Assembly (NCBI GenBank): GCA_012295275.1
Contig: CM022677.1
Location: 7,068,001-7,132,000 of the forward strand
Length of the DNA stretch: 64,000 bases
Direction of reading: 5' to 3'
Source: Chrysomallon squamiferum
Lineage: Eukaryota; Animalia; Mollusca
The translations under genes were made by a program, and so were the position numbers. Below, piece after piece: positions 32,764 through 45,416 of the stretch. A model generated the notes under the pieces. It saw nothing but the letters and a program-made list of their open reading frames with translations. It was not told the DNA's origin and searched no databases. Positions within the stretch are counted from its first letter, which is position 1; each line of letters begins with the position of its first letter.

Positions 32764-33008
32764 ACATTTGAATGTGTGTATGTATGTTTGGGGGGTTACT
32801 GGTCTGTTATATCTTTTATTGCTTTTTTACAGCATTAGTCAGAACAAACTCACAGCACTGCAGACTGAATGGGGTAACTCTGAGAGAGAAAAGAAATCAG
32901 GCAGAAGAAAACTGCACACTTTTACATGTGAAGACAGGGAAAGAATAGTTCAGTTTCTGCAGCTTTTTTACTCAAGAATATGACTAATTTTGTCTGAGTC
33001 ATTTGCAG

Positions 33009-33104
33009 GATTCAAAGGGAGAACCAGTTTACTTCCTTGTGTCAAGAAAATGTGGAGCTTTTAAAATATGTTCTGAAAGTGTGTGTCAGCAAATCTATCA
33101 GTTG
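33009..33104 (+). other. Orphan 96-nt exon-like segment; inverted copy at ~36854-36975
   Basis: tttgcag|...|gtgagt boundaries; open as DSKGEPVYFLVSRKCGAFKICSESVCQQIYQL (another frame is also open). Parent gene not recognised. Confidence 0.45.
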
Positions 33105-34908
33105 GTGAGTCAGTTAATCTATTAATTAAATAACTGATACAGTTGTTTTGTAGTGGTGTATTGCTTTTTGTTTTGTTAGTTATTGTGTATGCTATTTTTT
33201 TTTTTTTTTTTTTTTTTTTTTGACCTATGTGTTTATGTTATGTTTTTGAATTTAATTAATCAAACATTTGTGTCTATTTATTTGTTTGTATTAAAGTTTG
33301 GCTCTCAGTTTTTCACTGTTTGTAAGTATAAATTATGTTTTTAATTGATTGAATGTGTCATGTAGGATTAGGTGTTCACAGAGAAATAAGTGATGTTTCA
33401 TGCTTTCAGAAATTCCATGGGTACAGTTTGGTGTTGTGTTTATTTTGTGTTTGGATTTTACTGTGTTTAGATTAGTTGAGTAGCTGATTCTGAGTCTGGT
33501 AAGGTTGTTTTGTAGTTTCTTACTAAAATGATTTTGGGTTTTGATGATGAAAGGTGTAACTAATGTTTACTTTATTCCTTTACTATTTCCTGGTTGCAAC
33601 ATTCACCCACTCCAGTCTCCATTTCAATATGGCTGACTGTTGTTTAAAAACTAGATTGTAGTGAAAGGTGAGTTTTAAAGGGTTGATCATGGCCTAGATC
33701 CTTCATGAGATGTTTATTAGCGAGAGTGGATTTTAACACAGTATTTTAGTGTGTGTATGTTTTATTCTAGCACGAGACTGTCGATGCTTGGTAAAAGTTT
33801 TTACAAGATGTGATTATCTTCTGTATGTGGCATCCGAACTTGGCTCTAACAATTTCAATGATTTTGTTTGTTATTAAATTGTTGTCTATTTTTGTTAATG
33901 CAGTTTTTGGTTTTAGGTTTGTGTTTAATGGCAGCTGAGTCTAGCATGTTGATAAGTGAAGTGCAGTTTTGATTGTGTTTCATGTAGTTGCTGAAAGTTT
34001 ACATGTTTTGCAAGGTTTCAGAACTGGCTGGAGTTTCTATGGTGATGGACACTGCATTAGCTGCATGCTAATGACTTGAGTTATATCACTGTGTACATTT
34101 TGTTGTGTGTCTGCAGGTCTGTCAGAGACCTCACTCAGGTAACTGTGACTTATTTCTGTCTGTTGATTGATGTAGCTGTTGATTAATTGTTGTCATGGCA
34201 GATTTGTTGTTAAAGGTAAGTATGGTCCAGTAGATTGATTCCCCCCTCCCTGTTTATGTCTGTGTGTGGATGTGATTGTTGATTGAGACAAAATTACATG
34301 TGAAATTACATAATAACAGCAGATTAATGTCAACAGGTCAGTAGTTTTAGTCAGATTTTTTGTTTGTTTTGCTGCTGAAAAATAATTAATTCAAAGCATT
34401 CCAATGAAGAAAGTAGAGCGAACTTGTATGGGTTTTTTCATTAGTATTTTTCCTATTTAAGCAGCAATTAATTTGTAATTTCTCCATCATTTTTATAGAG
34501 TAATATATAATATAAGTTTGCTGTTCTTCACTGTTTTTAATGCAATTTAAACATGTAATGAAACAGTATAGTATAGCTGGAAACATAATGAAATATTATA
34601 AGTTTGTCATTATTCAGTTCAAAGTGTGTTTGCCATTCTTCGCTGTTTTTTTAATGCAGTTCAATCACATAAATTAAACAGTACAGGTTTGTTATTTTTC
34701 AGTTGTAAAATATCACGAGATTGCTGTTCTTCATTGATTTTTAATACAATTTAAACTTATAATGAAACATTACTCATTTATTTAGTTAGAATGAATTAGA
34801 AAAAAAGTACCAAATAAATATATAATTAAAATAGCAAATTCCAGACATGAGTAAACATTTGGAATTTTTATTTTATTATTATATATATTTTTTTTCATTA
34901 CTGTATAG

Positions 34909-37514
34909 AGAAGAAGATGAGTTTAAAGACTCAGAGACAAAAGCAATGGTGGAGGAAGTATCAACGAGAATAATGCAAATGGCTCCCAGTCTGCGAGACC
35001 TGGTAATCATTTACTTTTATAACTTTCTTTGTACAGTGACTAATTGTTTTAGTTTGTGCTTAGATAGATATCCAGTTGTTTTAAAAGGTTATTCATTTTA
35101 ATTTATTATATATATAGATATTAATATTTGCTGGAATATTTAATTATAATCATTTTTGAGAATGTTTAATTTTTCCCATAGATAATGAAATAAATGCAGA
35201 ATTTTCCTCAGTTGTCATTGAACTGGAATCAGCCGTTGCAGAAAGAAAAGACTTTCCTCTCCACGATGTGTCTGATGATCGCAATGTCATTCAACGCCTC
35301 AGAGAAGATGCTGAAAAGCACAATGCTCAAAGTATCTGCAGGAGGAGGTGAACTCACTGCGAGTAGAAAACAATGCTCTACAAGAACAGATAGGCAGACA
35401 GGAAATAGAACTTATACAGCTACGTAGCCATATTGAATATATCAATGATGACAGGGAGAAGTTGAAAAGAAAGGTAACTCCGCATAAATATTAAAAATGA
35501 TTATATATACATTTTTTTTTTGTAGATAGAATTAAAACACAAAACATTAGTAATCTTAATTATTAAGACTCCTTTTTCCTTCAGTTATATAATATGGCTT
35601 TTATTACATTTTTAAGAGATGAATTGTTACAGTGTTGTTACTGTTGAAAGAGTTTTCGGATAAACTGTTATATACTATGGCTTTTGTTACATTTTTAAGA
35701 GATGAATTGTTACAGTTTTGTCACTGTTGAAAGAGTTATCAGATAAATTGTAACATTTTTGTTACAGGAAAAAGAGTTACCAGATAAATTGTTACCTTTT
35801 TGTTATAGTTTAAAGAGTATATGAAAAACTTGTATATTATTATTATTATTATTATTATTATTTTTACTTTGTATATTTCTTTCTATTGTAAGTCATGCAT
35901 TTGCTGCTTATTTACCTATTAAAAATATTTGACAGTGTAGCTTTTATTTAAGTTATGTAAATATTTGTATTTATTTATTTATTTATTTATGTAATATTAA
36001 TTAACTCACAGGACCACTTAAGGTAGTGATTAGATTCCTATAGCTAAAATAGCAGAACTGAAGAAATTAAAAATATGTGCTGGAGACAGACAGATTCTTG
36101 TTGCTGAAATTACCTCCCTTGGGGTAAATCTCATTTTGCTTTCTTCCTTTATATGTCTGTGTTCACATTGGTGTTTTTATCCCAATAAAACAAACAGAAA
36201 AGAATCAAATCAGATAATTTTATATATAACATCATTTTAATCTGTTCTAATGCATTTGTCGAATCATTTATCCTTTTTTCATTCTTAAAATTAATTTTGA
36301 AAATGAAAATTCTTAGAAATGTTTGGACTTGCTAGTGTTAGATAACCACACACACACACACACACACACACACAAATACTTTTAGCAAATTTATAACTAA
36401 TGCTTAACACATTTAAAAGTTAAATTGGAATATACTGACAGTATATTGTTATCTGATAATTATATGAAAAATATGAAAAACAAAATTAAAAGTTTGCAGC
36501 AATACTGAATAACTCACAGACATGTTTTTCATAATTTCCAGTATGATGTTTTAATTCATTAAAGTGTTGAGGTTTTGGGGGGTTTTTTTTGCCTGTGGTA
36601 ATACCATTTCAAATCAGTTAAAAAAATAAATTTTTAAACAATATCTCAGAATAACTTTTGATTTTTGACTTTTTCACAATTTCTACTTCAGCTTCCAAAT
36701 TTGAAATTAGCCGAACATTTAGTGCAGAGTTTACAGGGCTGTTCTAACATGCAGGAAATTGTTCAGACTTTGTATCAGGCGACAGAGGCTTATGAAGTGT
36801 TGTGTGTTCTGCTGGAGAGTGAGATGGAAGTTCTGTAGAGCTGCAGAACTTATATTAATTGACTCACCAACTGATAGATTTGCTGACACACAGTTTCAGA
36901 ACATATTTTAAAAGTTCCACATTTTCTTGACACAAGGAAGTAAACTGGTTCTCCCTTTGAATCCTGCAATTGACTAAAATTCTTGTTTAAAAATATATTA
37001 TTTCAGTAATTGCTACATCATTGAAATTCATTCTTTTTTATACGTAAATGAAGTTAATTTTTGAGTGTATGTCTGTGTGTGTCTTTACAATTTCAGTATT
37101 AGTGATTATTAATTTCAGAATGTGTGTGTGTGTGTGTTTGTGTCCATTTATTTATCCAAAAATTCAGTATTTAAATAATGTTCAGTATGCATGTATTTCA
37201 TTTCAGTAAGAAGGATTTATTTTCAGTGTGTTACTTTTCTGTATGCAGTGTTAACTTTCAGCGAGTAGCTGTAAATACATAGACACTGAAATTAGCCTAA
37301 AGTACAGTATTATATTTTATATCTGTGTATTTTAGTGTAAGTAAATTTTTGACATCTGTACATGTTAGTGTTGTTAACTAACTCTCCAGTAAGTCTCTAT
37401 GTTAATTTTATTAAATGTATATTTAATTTTAATTAGTGTATGTGTGTTAATTTCAGTAAATCTTTATTTTAATTACAGTCAGATTAATTTTAGTGCCAGC
37501 ATATTAATTTCCGT

Positions 37515-37553
<39 letters not shown>

Positions 37554-38621
37554 TCATTTTAATAAGTCTTTATGTTAATTTCAATAAGGCTGTTACTAAT
37601 TTCAGTAAGTCTGTAATATTAATTTTACCAAGTCTTGATTTTGCTAAGACAGTATATTAATACAGAAGTGTGTTTTTTCTGTGTGTATTTACAGTAAGAG
37701 TGTATATTAATACAGACATGTGTTTTCTCTGTGTGTATTTTCAGTAAGTGTATATATTAATACAGAAGTGTGTTTTCTGTGTGTATTTACAGTAAGTGTG
37801 TATATTAATACAGACGTGTTTTCTCTGTGTGTATTTTCAGTAAGTGTGTATATTAATACAGAAGTGTGTTTTCTGTGTGTATTTACAGTATGTGTGTATA
37901 TTAATACAGACGTGTTTTTCTGTGTGTATTTACAGTAAGTGTGTATATTAATACAGACATGTGTTTTCTCTGTGTTTATTTTCAGTAAGTGTATATTAAT
38001 ACAGAAGTGTGTTTTCTGTGTGTATTTACAGTGAGTGTGTATATTAATACAGACATGTGTTTTCTCTGTGTATATTTTCAGTAAGTGTGTATATTAATAT
38101 AGAAGTGTTTTTTCCCTGTGTTTATTTTCAGTAAGTGTGTACATTAATACAGAAGTGTGTTTTCTCTGTGTTTATTTCAGTAAGTGTGTATATTAATACT
38201 GAAGTGTGTTTTCTCTGTGTTTATTTTCAGTAAGTGTGTATATTAATAGAGAAGTGTGTTTTCTCTGTGTGTATTTTCAGTAAGTGAATATATTAATACA
38301 GAAGTGTGTTTTCTCTGTGTTTATTTTCAGTAAGTGTGTATATTAATAGAGAAGTGTGTTTTCTCTGTGTGTATTTTCAGTAAGTGAATATATTAATACA
38401 GAGTGTGTTTTCTCTGTGTTTATTTTCAGCTGATGAGTCAGGGGAGTGTGAGGATCAGGTGGAGGTGACGTCTATACTACAGAGAGCTCATCACTCGAGG
38501 AAGTCTGCTGAAGGCGTAGCTCAACATCTACTTCACAAACTGGACAGAAGCTGTGGAGTTCACACCACACCCTGTACTTCTCACCCTGGGAGGATCTGTC
38601 TTCTAACAGCAGAACTGCAAG
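34909..38621 (+). pseudogene. MCC: Disrupted 5' exons of an MCC (colorectal mutant cancer protein) homolog
   Basis: Exons: 34909-35002 (EEDEFKDSE.., frameshift); 35182-35473 (EINAEFSSVVIELESAVAERK../..NSLRVENNAL..DREKLKRK, frameshift at ~35330); 36012-36123 (stop, then IPIAKIAE..EITSLG); from 36692 (LAEHLVQSLQGCSNMQEIVQTLY|QATEAYEVL.., TAG at 36836-36838); 38430-38621 (LQRAHHSRKSAE..LDRSCG../PWEDLSSNS, frameshift at ~38585). All resemble vertebrate MCC segments in order (recalled). Confidence 0.85.
37650..38429 (+). repeat. Intronic 47-50 bp minisatellite, 16 units, each ending in a splice-acceptor-like tract
   Basis: Unit taagtgtgtatattaatacagaagtgtgttttctctgtgtttattttcag; the last unit supplies the acceptor of exon 38430. 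Confidence 0.95.
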
Positions 38622-39295
38622 GTGACACTTTACTTGAAGTCTTTTTATGTTATATGGACTTTGTTTTCTATTATTTTATATTTAGTTTTGTAAGTACTGA
38701 AACTGACTTTATTAATTAATACACTTTGTTTTTCATTACTTCAAGGTGATACCTGATATTCTACTTTCACTTTGTTTTTATACTTTACTATAATTACTTT
38801 TCTGTCTAAAGAGATTTTGTCTTTAGCATTTTAATTATTCTTTTAAGGATGAATAATGAAATTGACTTTATTTTTTACATTAATAATTTGTTTTTCAGTA
38901 ATTAAACTGCATTTATATTTAAATGGACTGTACTTTTTTAACCTTGTATTGAATTTAATCCACTTTGTTTTTAATACTTAAAGTGATTTTGTTTTTATAT
39001 ATATAAATTATCTTTATTTTATATTTATTGAAATCCAATTTTATACCTTTAATATTGCTTTTATTAACCTAAATGGACTTGTAATTAAAAAAAACATAGT
39101 TTTGCATCTGACTGAGATTTTTTTTAGTAAGATAAATTTTGATTTTGCAGTAGTCTACAGTCTATTCTGTAATTTAATTATCTTTTTAAAAGGATTTCAC
39201 CTAATTAGAGTATTATAAATTTCAAGTGCATTAATTACTTTTCCATGACTAGTGATAATCTTTACCAAACCAACTTTTCATTTTGAACTGTCCAG

Positions 39296-39530
39296 TACGT
39301 CCAGTTCTACGGCCAGCTCAGTAGACACTGACTTCACCAAACTTGATGAACAGAGACTGCGTAAGTACATTCAGTCACTGAAGAATGACCGGGCAGCGGT
39401 CATAATGACCGTCATGGAGCTGGAGAGTTTACACTTTGATCCTCTGCTTGACGAACCCAAGAAAACTCCAGAAGCTCAAAGACTGGATTTGGAAAATGCT
39501 GTGTTAATGCAGGAGCTGATGGCTATGAAG
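39296..39530 (+). CDS. MCC: MCC homolog exon, intact
   Basis: tccag|TSSSTASSVDTDFTKLDEQRLRKYIQSLKNDRAAV...QRLDLENAVLMQELMAMK|gtcagt; very close to human MCC SSTASSCDTEFTKEDEQRL...QRLDLENAVLMQELMAMK (recalled). Confidence 0.9.
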
Positions 39531-39979
39531 GTCAGTGTTTCTAAATGTGTTGTTCTGTCTGTATAAAAATTCCTTGCTGCTAATCTTAAAAGAGAATAAC
39601 TCATTTTTTGTGAACACGGGTCTTCTCTCATTGCGTTTGTGTTTTTAACAATTTGAATAAATTAATATAAAAATTGTCTTCTATTTTTGTATTGTATTAA
39701 TCCTTTTCATAGTCTTTTATCTTTGTTTTATGTTTATTCTATTTATTTGAAAATATTTTCTGTGATTCTAAACCGACTGAACTTTATTCTTAACATTAGA
39801 ATAGCATATTATTAAAACTACCTTGATGTCTTGTACTATATTAACTAGTATTTCTGTTCTTTTGATTTTATTAATGACACTTTGGTGTTTATTTTGAATC
39901 ATGCTCTATTTGTATTAAAACATTTTCTGAATTCTGGACAGACTCAATTTACCCACCTTGTTGTAATTTTGTTTTTCAG

Positions 39980-40159
39980 GAGGAGAAGGCGGAGCTGGAG
40001 GCTCAGAACTACTTGATGGAGAAGGAGAAGAGAGCTCTGGAGTTGAGACTGAGTGGTAAGGAGTCACAGGAGCAGGCCTACAGAGTACAGATAGAGCATC
40101 TCAAGTGTGAGATCTCAGAGCACCAGCAGAGACTGGGCAGAGACGGCAAACACAAACAT
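39980..40159 (+). CDS. MCC: MCC homolog exon, intact
   Basis: ttttcag|EEKAELEAQNYLMEKEKRALELRLSGKESQEQAYRVQIEHLKCEI...KH|gtgatt; phase 0/0. Confidence 0.9.
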
Positions 40160-40791
40160 GTGATTATCTCTGTTTTATTTATCACTTTATCTCTTCTAAG
40201 TTAGATAGTTTATATATATAAACTATATACATATATAAAATTATATAATTATATAAACAGGGGAACCAAATATAATAATAACATACACAGTAGATATGTC
40301 ACATTATTATTATTAACTACTGATACTGTTTATCACAGTTCTTTATTATAATTTTAAATTGTATCTTTCTAAGATACTGAGTGTGACAGAAATGTAATAA
40401 TAATAGGTAATAATGATAGGTTATATCATAATATTGATTTTGTATGCCATAACCACTGATACTCGTGTTCATAATTACTTTTAATTAATTGAAAACCTTT
40501 GTAATTATTAAATTTTAAATGTTTTAAATTTTGATTCATCAAGGTGTTAAGGTAAGGAACAGAGAACATTCATAATTCTAATTTTATTATATAACTGAGT
40601 TTCAATCATTTATCATCAGGATGATCATTATAATCTGATAATTATTTATGATAATTCTATTGATATAAATCATTACAATTTTAATTATATTATTATAATC
40701 AAGTTTTCATTGATTATCATCATCATAAAGATGATAATTTGATAGCTTTCATAATTACTAAAGTTCTTAATGAATAATTGTTTATCATCAG

Positions 40792-41012
40792 GATGATGAA
40801 GATGATGAGCTGACAGTGCCAGCTATCTGTGAGTTGAGATCGAATGATGTGATGGAGATAGCTCAGGACCTGTGTGAGTCACTCAGAAGAGAAAAACGAC
40901 TCAAATTCAGAGTACAAGAGTTAGTGGCTGCTCTAGAGAAAATCTCTAAAAACTCAGAAATCAGACATCAGCAGTCAGCAGAGTTTGTCAATGACCTGAA
41001 ACGAGCTAACAG
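40792..41012 (+). CDS. MCC: MCC homolog exon, intact (coiled coil)
   Basis: catcag|DDEDDEL...RREKRLKFRVQELVAALEKISKNSEIRHQQSAEFVNDLKRAN|gtaaac. Confidence 0.9.
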
Positions 41013-41424
41013 GTAAACATACAGGTGTATGCATGTCATGTATAATCTACATGTTCTACAATAAACATTGATCTATGCAAACACATACACACGTTTCAAA
41101 CAGAAATTCAAATTATATTTAGAATCATTTTTATTATAAACTTATTATATGAATATTATAATTATATAAACAGTATATAAATTGACATAATGTCATTGCT
41201 TTTGGTGTCTGGGTTTTTTGTGGAAGAGTTTTTTGTGCAGTACTACAATCACTTTTACTAATATTGTTGTTATTAACATTTATATATTTCTAACATAATA
41301 TTTTTATTTTCCTTTGTTTACCCCCATAGTGCCTTAATACCATAAACTAATTTTATATATTTTTTTTCTATTTTTTTTTTATTAATATATTTATTTATAT
41401 TTTTAGTTACTTTTTCTCTTACAG

Positions 41425-41605
41425 TGCCTTGATATCAGCGTTTGATAAAGCAAAGAAAAAGTACCAGAGCAAGCTGAAGAAACTTGAGACTCAGTTACAG
41501 GGGATGACAGATCGCTACGAGAGACAGATAAAACTGCTCAAACAAAGAATTGAAGTACTTGAGATAGACACTGTTAAGCCAGCAACCAATGAGACTTCAT
41601 TATAG
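41425..41605 (+). CDS. MCC: MCC homolog last coding exon ending in PDZ-binding motif ETSL
   Basis: ttacag|ALISAFDKAKKKYQSKLKKLETQLQGMTDRYERQIKLLKQRIEVLEIDTVKPATNETSL*; human MCC also ends TNETSL. Confidence 0.92.
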
Positions 41606-43150
41606 CAGATCTGGGATTTTAAATTAACCAATCGCTATGATTGTAACAAAATTGTGTGAGTTCTATTGTCCAGTCACTGTTTCTGTAAGAAAAGACTGGT
41701 AAAAAAGTTTGTTATTTACCAATAATGTAACCATAGTGATCTGAGAGTTAAAAATAGCCAGTCATGGTGTCTGTAATAAAAGACTGGCCACTGATCTGTA
41801 ATAAACCAATCATCATGAATGTAACAAATGACCTGCCAAAAGGATTTGGAATTAACCAATCAGTGTTGTTCTTGAGAAATATATGCATACATTATTCAAT
41901 ACCTTGGACCATTCAAACAAATGTGCAAACGAAACATTATTGTGAAAGAACTCTGTGTTTATTTGACCAACGTCTGTGACCAAAATGAACAAATCAGACA
42001 TTACAGAAAACACTTCATTTAAATTACCATTGATTATCTTAAGAAAAATGTTTGTGTGAATCAGTGTCAAAGAATCACTGGTTACATCTGAAGAAATAAT
42101 ACAACACAATGGTACAACACACTAGCCAGTGAAATCTTATTACAGGAAACAGTCTCAGAAAAAATGAATTGTTCATCTTACCAGATTTTTGTACATATTT
42201 GTTAATGTTTTAGTGGATTTACATTTTAAACTCGGCACTTGAATCAAACAGTGAAAACTGTGCACAGGAAAAATCACTTTAACTATAAATTAAATCCTGA
42301 GAGGTGATTGGATCGTCAGCTGACCAATGAAAATAAGAACGGCTTTAATAATTAACCAGTGAAATTATTTATTTATTAGAGCTTCTGGCCAGTCAAACAG
42401 TAGAATAGATCTGAGCTTTAACCACTGAAAAGTCCTGTTTTATAACATGACATCAGACAAAGAAAAATATCACATAAAAATTAAAATGTCAGTTTTATAT
42501 CATATTTGATATTTATATATTATCTATAAAAATATATGTGGCAACTGTTTTTAAACCAATGAAAATAATTTTCTCAGATATATTAGCCAATCAAAAGTAG
42601 TTTACTATCTGTATGGATCATTGATAACAGATGTATCTATTTTATCTTTTTTAAAATATTGACTTTGTAATTCACTCTTAGTGAACATGAAAAAAATATC
42701 TTACTGTAATTTTATGTTTAAACTATCCTATATTATAATATTTTCAATGGATTGGTTAATTATACAGTATGAATATTTTTATTAAGTGTTTAAGAACAAC
42801 GTTACAACGGTAATAAAGGAAATACGAATAACAGCGAGTAAAAAACGAAAAAGAATAATGAGGAGTACACCAACAACGTTAGGCACGAAGGCGACATTAA
42901 TAGAAATTAAAAAATATATTTTAATAGGTGATGCGCCCGCTCAGAAACTAACTTGAACGTACGCAGTAAATAAAGAGGAAACATGACCCCTAACATCCGG
43001 ATTTAAAATACGTGTCTGTAGATCTCCAGTATACAGTTTCATATTTAGTCATGTTTTTAAAACATCGTTATTTTACACATATATACGTATATATTTTTGT
43101 TTTCATTTCCACTTTTCCTTCGTGCGGTTGTTTATGCTATTTTATTTTTG

Positions 43151-43479
43151 ATGGATGTGTGTGTGCGTGCGTATGTGTGTGTTTGTGTGTGTGCGTTTGA
43201 AAGAGAGAGAGAGTTATTTTCTTCTTCAAAATAAAAAGAAGAAAATGAAGTAGAATAGTTGAGTACCCTTAGAACCTCCACCCAAAAAAACCCCAATAAT
43301 CTGTATTAGCTGTTAATAATAAATTTATAATAAGAGTACTACATTGATATTAGACACATTAATTATATTTTACACACAGACAGACATATATGTAAGGAGA
43401 GTATATATATATATACATAGCTTTCTTAAAATAAACTACAAAATAACAGAATAGTTTACATGTATGGAAGGAGAGACAG

Positions 43480-43513
<34 letters not shown>

Positions 43514-44405
43514 AAAACGAAATTTTAAAAGTATATCACGTTTTGTTTTGAAATTTATCTTGCAATTTAGTATTTTTAAACGAGACTGTAAGAATAATAA
43601 TCATAATTAAAAAAAATAATGAATTAATGATTTAGTTATTATTTTTAATAAAAAAAGATGAAATTAAACAAAGTAACTAAATTAATTACTTAATTAACTA
43701 AATTAATAAGTAAATAAATCATATAATTAATTTTCTGTTTATTTATCAGTTGATGTAAAGAAAGAAATGTCTGTGGACTTTCAACTTCAAAACAGTTAAA
43801 GTGAAACTAACTTAGCAGACAGGTTGAAGTTTACTTTTTACACCATGTAAATATTTGTATTTCTCCGTTGTACTCTCCCACGTACAATTTGTTGTCCATT
43901 AACAGATTTGTGAGAATCTTACGATTTTTTCTTCTAACAATACGAAATAACCTATATTAAAATATTAAATCAAAAAGTAAAACAAACAAACATAAATAAA
44001 TAAATAAATAAAGTAAGTAAGTAAGTAAGTAAGAACAACAGAAAAACAGTAATTATTATATAATAAAGTAACTAAAGATAAATGAAATAAGAGAATAAAA
44101 AATTGAGTTTATTATAATTTTTATTAGAAGACCTTATACACTTAGTTTTCACGTTTTTAATTATGTTGCAAATTTAACAAATCTTAACTGTAAAAATAAA
44201 GAAAAAATTCTAAAATAACCATAATGATACAAAAAAGTTTTACTTCATAATATATACATTTTTCTTTTCAATCGTTATTAAGAAGACAAAACAAATAGTA
44301 AAAACAAAAATATTAAAACAATAACATGACACCATATACGACGGTGAAATTATTAATTTTTATTATTTTCCATTTGTATTATTACTGTTTGGTTATTATC
44401 TTCTC

Positions 44406-44476
<71 letters not shown>

Positions 44477-44691
44477 CTCCTTTTTTGTAGTAAAGAAAGA
44501 CATTTAAAATAATGGTTCAAATATCAACGTTAACGGGGTGTATACGGTTTATCTATTTACAAACAAAATTGAAAACGGTAGGCGATTCAAGCTTTGTTTG
44601 GTGTTTCTTCTTGACTGAGTTATTTCCCCTTAGCATTTTTTTTTACATACCGTCAAACAATTTGAATACTGACGAAATATGAAATGATCTG
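43151..44691. repeat. TRIM array unit 1 (internally deleted, ~1.54 kb)
   Basis: Near-identical to 55476-57061 and 57062-58640; deletion junction caatttgttg-tcc-attaacagatttg at ~43894. Confidence 0.92.
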
Positions 44692-45020
44692 ATGGATGTG
44701 TGTGTGCGTGCGTATGTGTGTGTTTGTGTGTGTGCGTTTGAAAGAGAGAGAGAGTTATTTTCTTCTTCAAAATAAAAAGAAGAAAATGAAGTAGAATAGT
44801 TGAGTACCCTTAGAACCTCCACCCAAAAAAACCCCAATAATCTGTATTAGCTGTTAATAATAAATTTATAATAAGAGTACTACATTGATATTAGACACAT
44901 TAATTATATTTTACACACAGACAGACATATATGTAAGGAGAGTATATATATATATACATAGCTTTCTTAAAATAAACTACAAAATAACAGAATAGTTTAC
45001 ATGTATGGAAGGAGAGACAG

Positions 45021-45099
<79 letters not shown>

Positions 45100-45416
45100 A
45101 AAACGAAATTTTAAAAGTATATCACGTTTTGTTTTGAAATTTATCTTGCAATTTAGTATTTTTAAACGAGACTGTAAGAATAATAATCATAATTAAAAAA
45201 AATAATGAATTAATGATTTAGTTATTATTTTTAATAAAACAAGATGAAATTAAACAAAGTAACTAAATTAATTACTTAATTAACTAAATTAATAAGTAAA
45301 TAAATCATATAATTAATTTTCTGTTTATTTATCAGTTGATGTAAAGAAAGAAATGTCTGTGGACTTTCAACTTCAAAACAGTTAAAGTGAAACTAACTTA
45401 GCAGACAGGTTGAAGT

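Noticed and set aside
32611-34502. LTR retroelement or terminal-repeat miniature retrotransposon
   Set aside because: The direct repeats lack TG..CA ends, and no PBS, PPT or TSD is recognisable.
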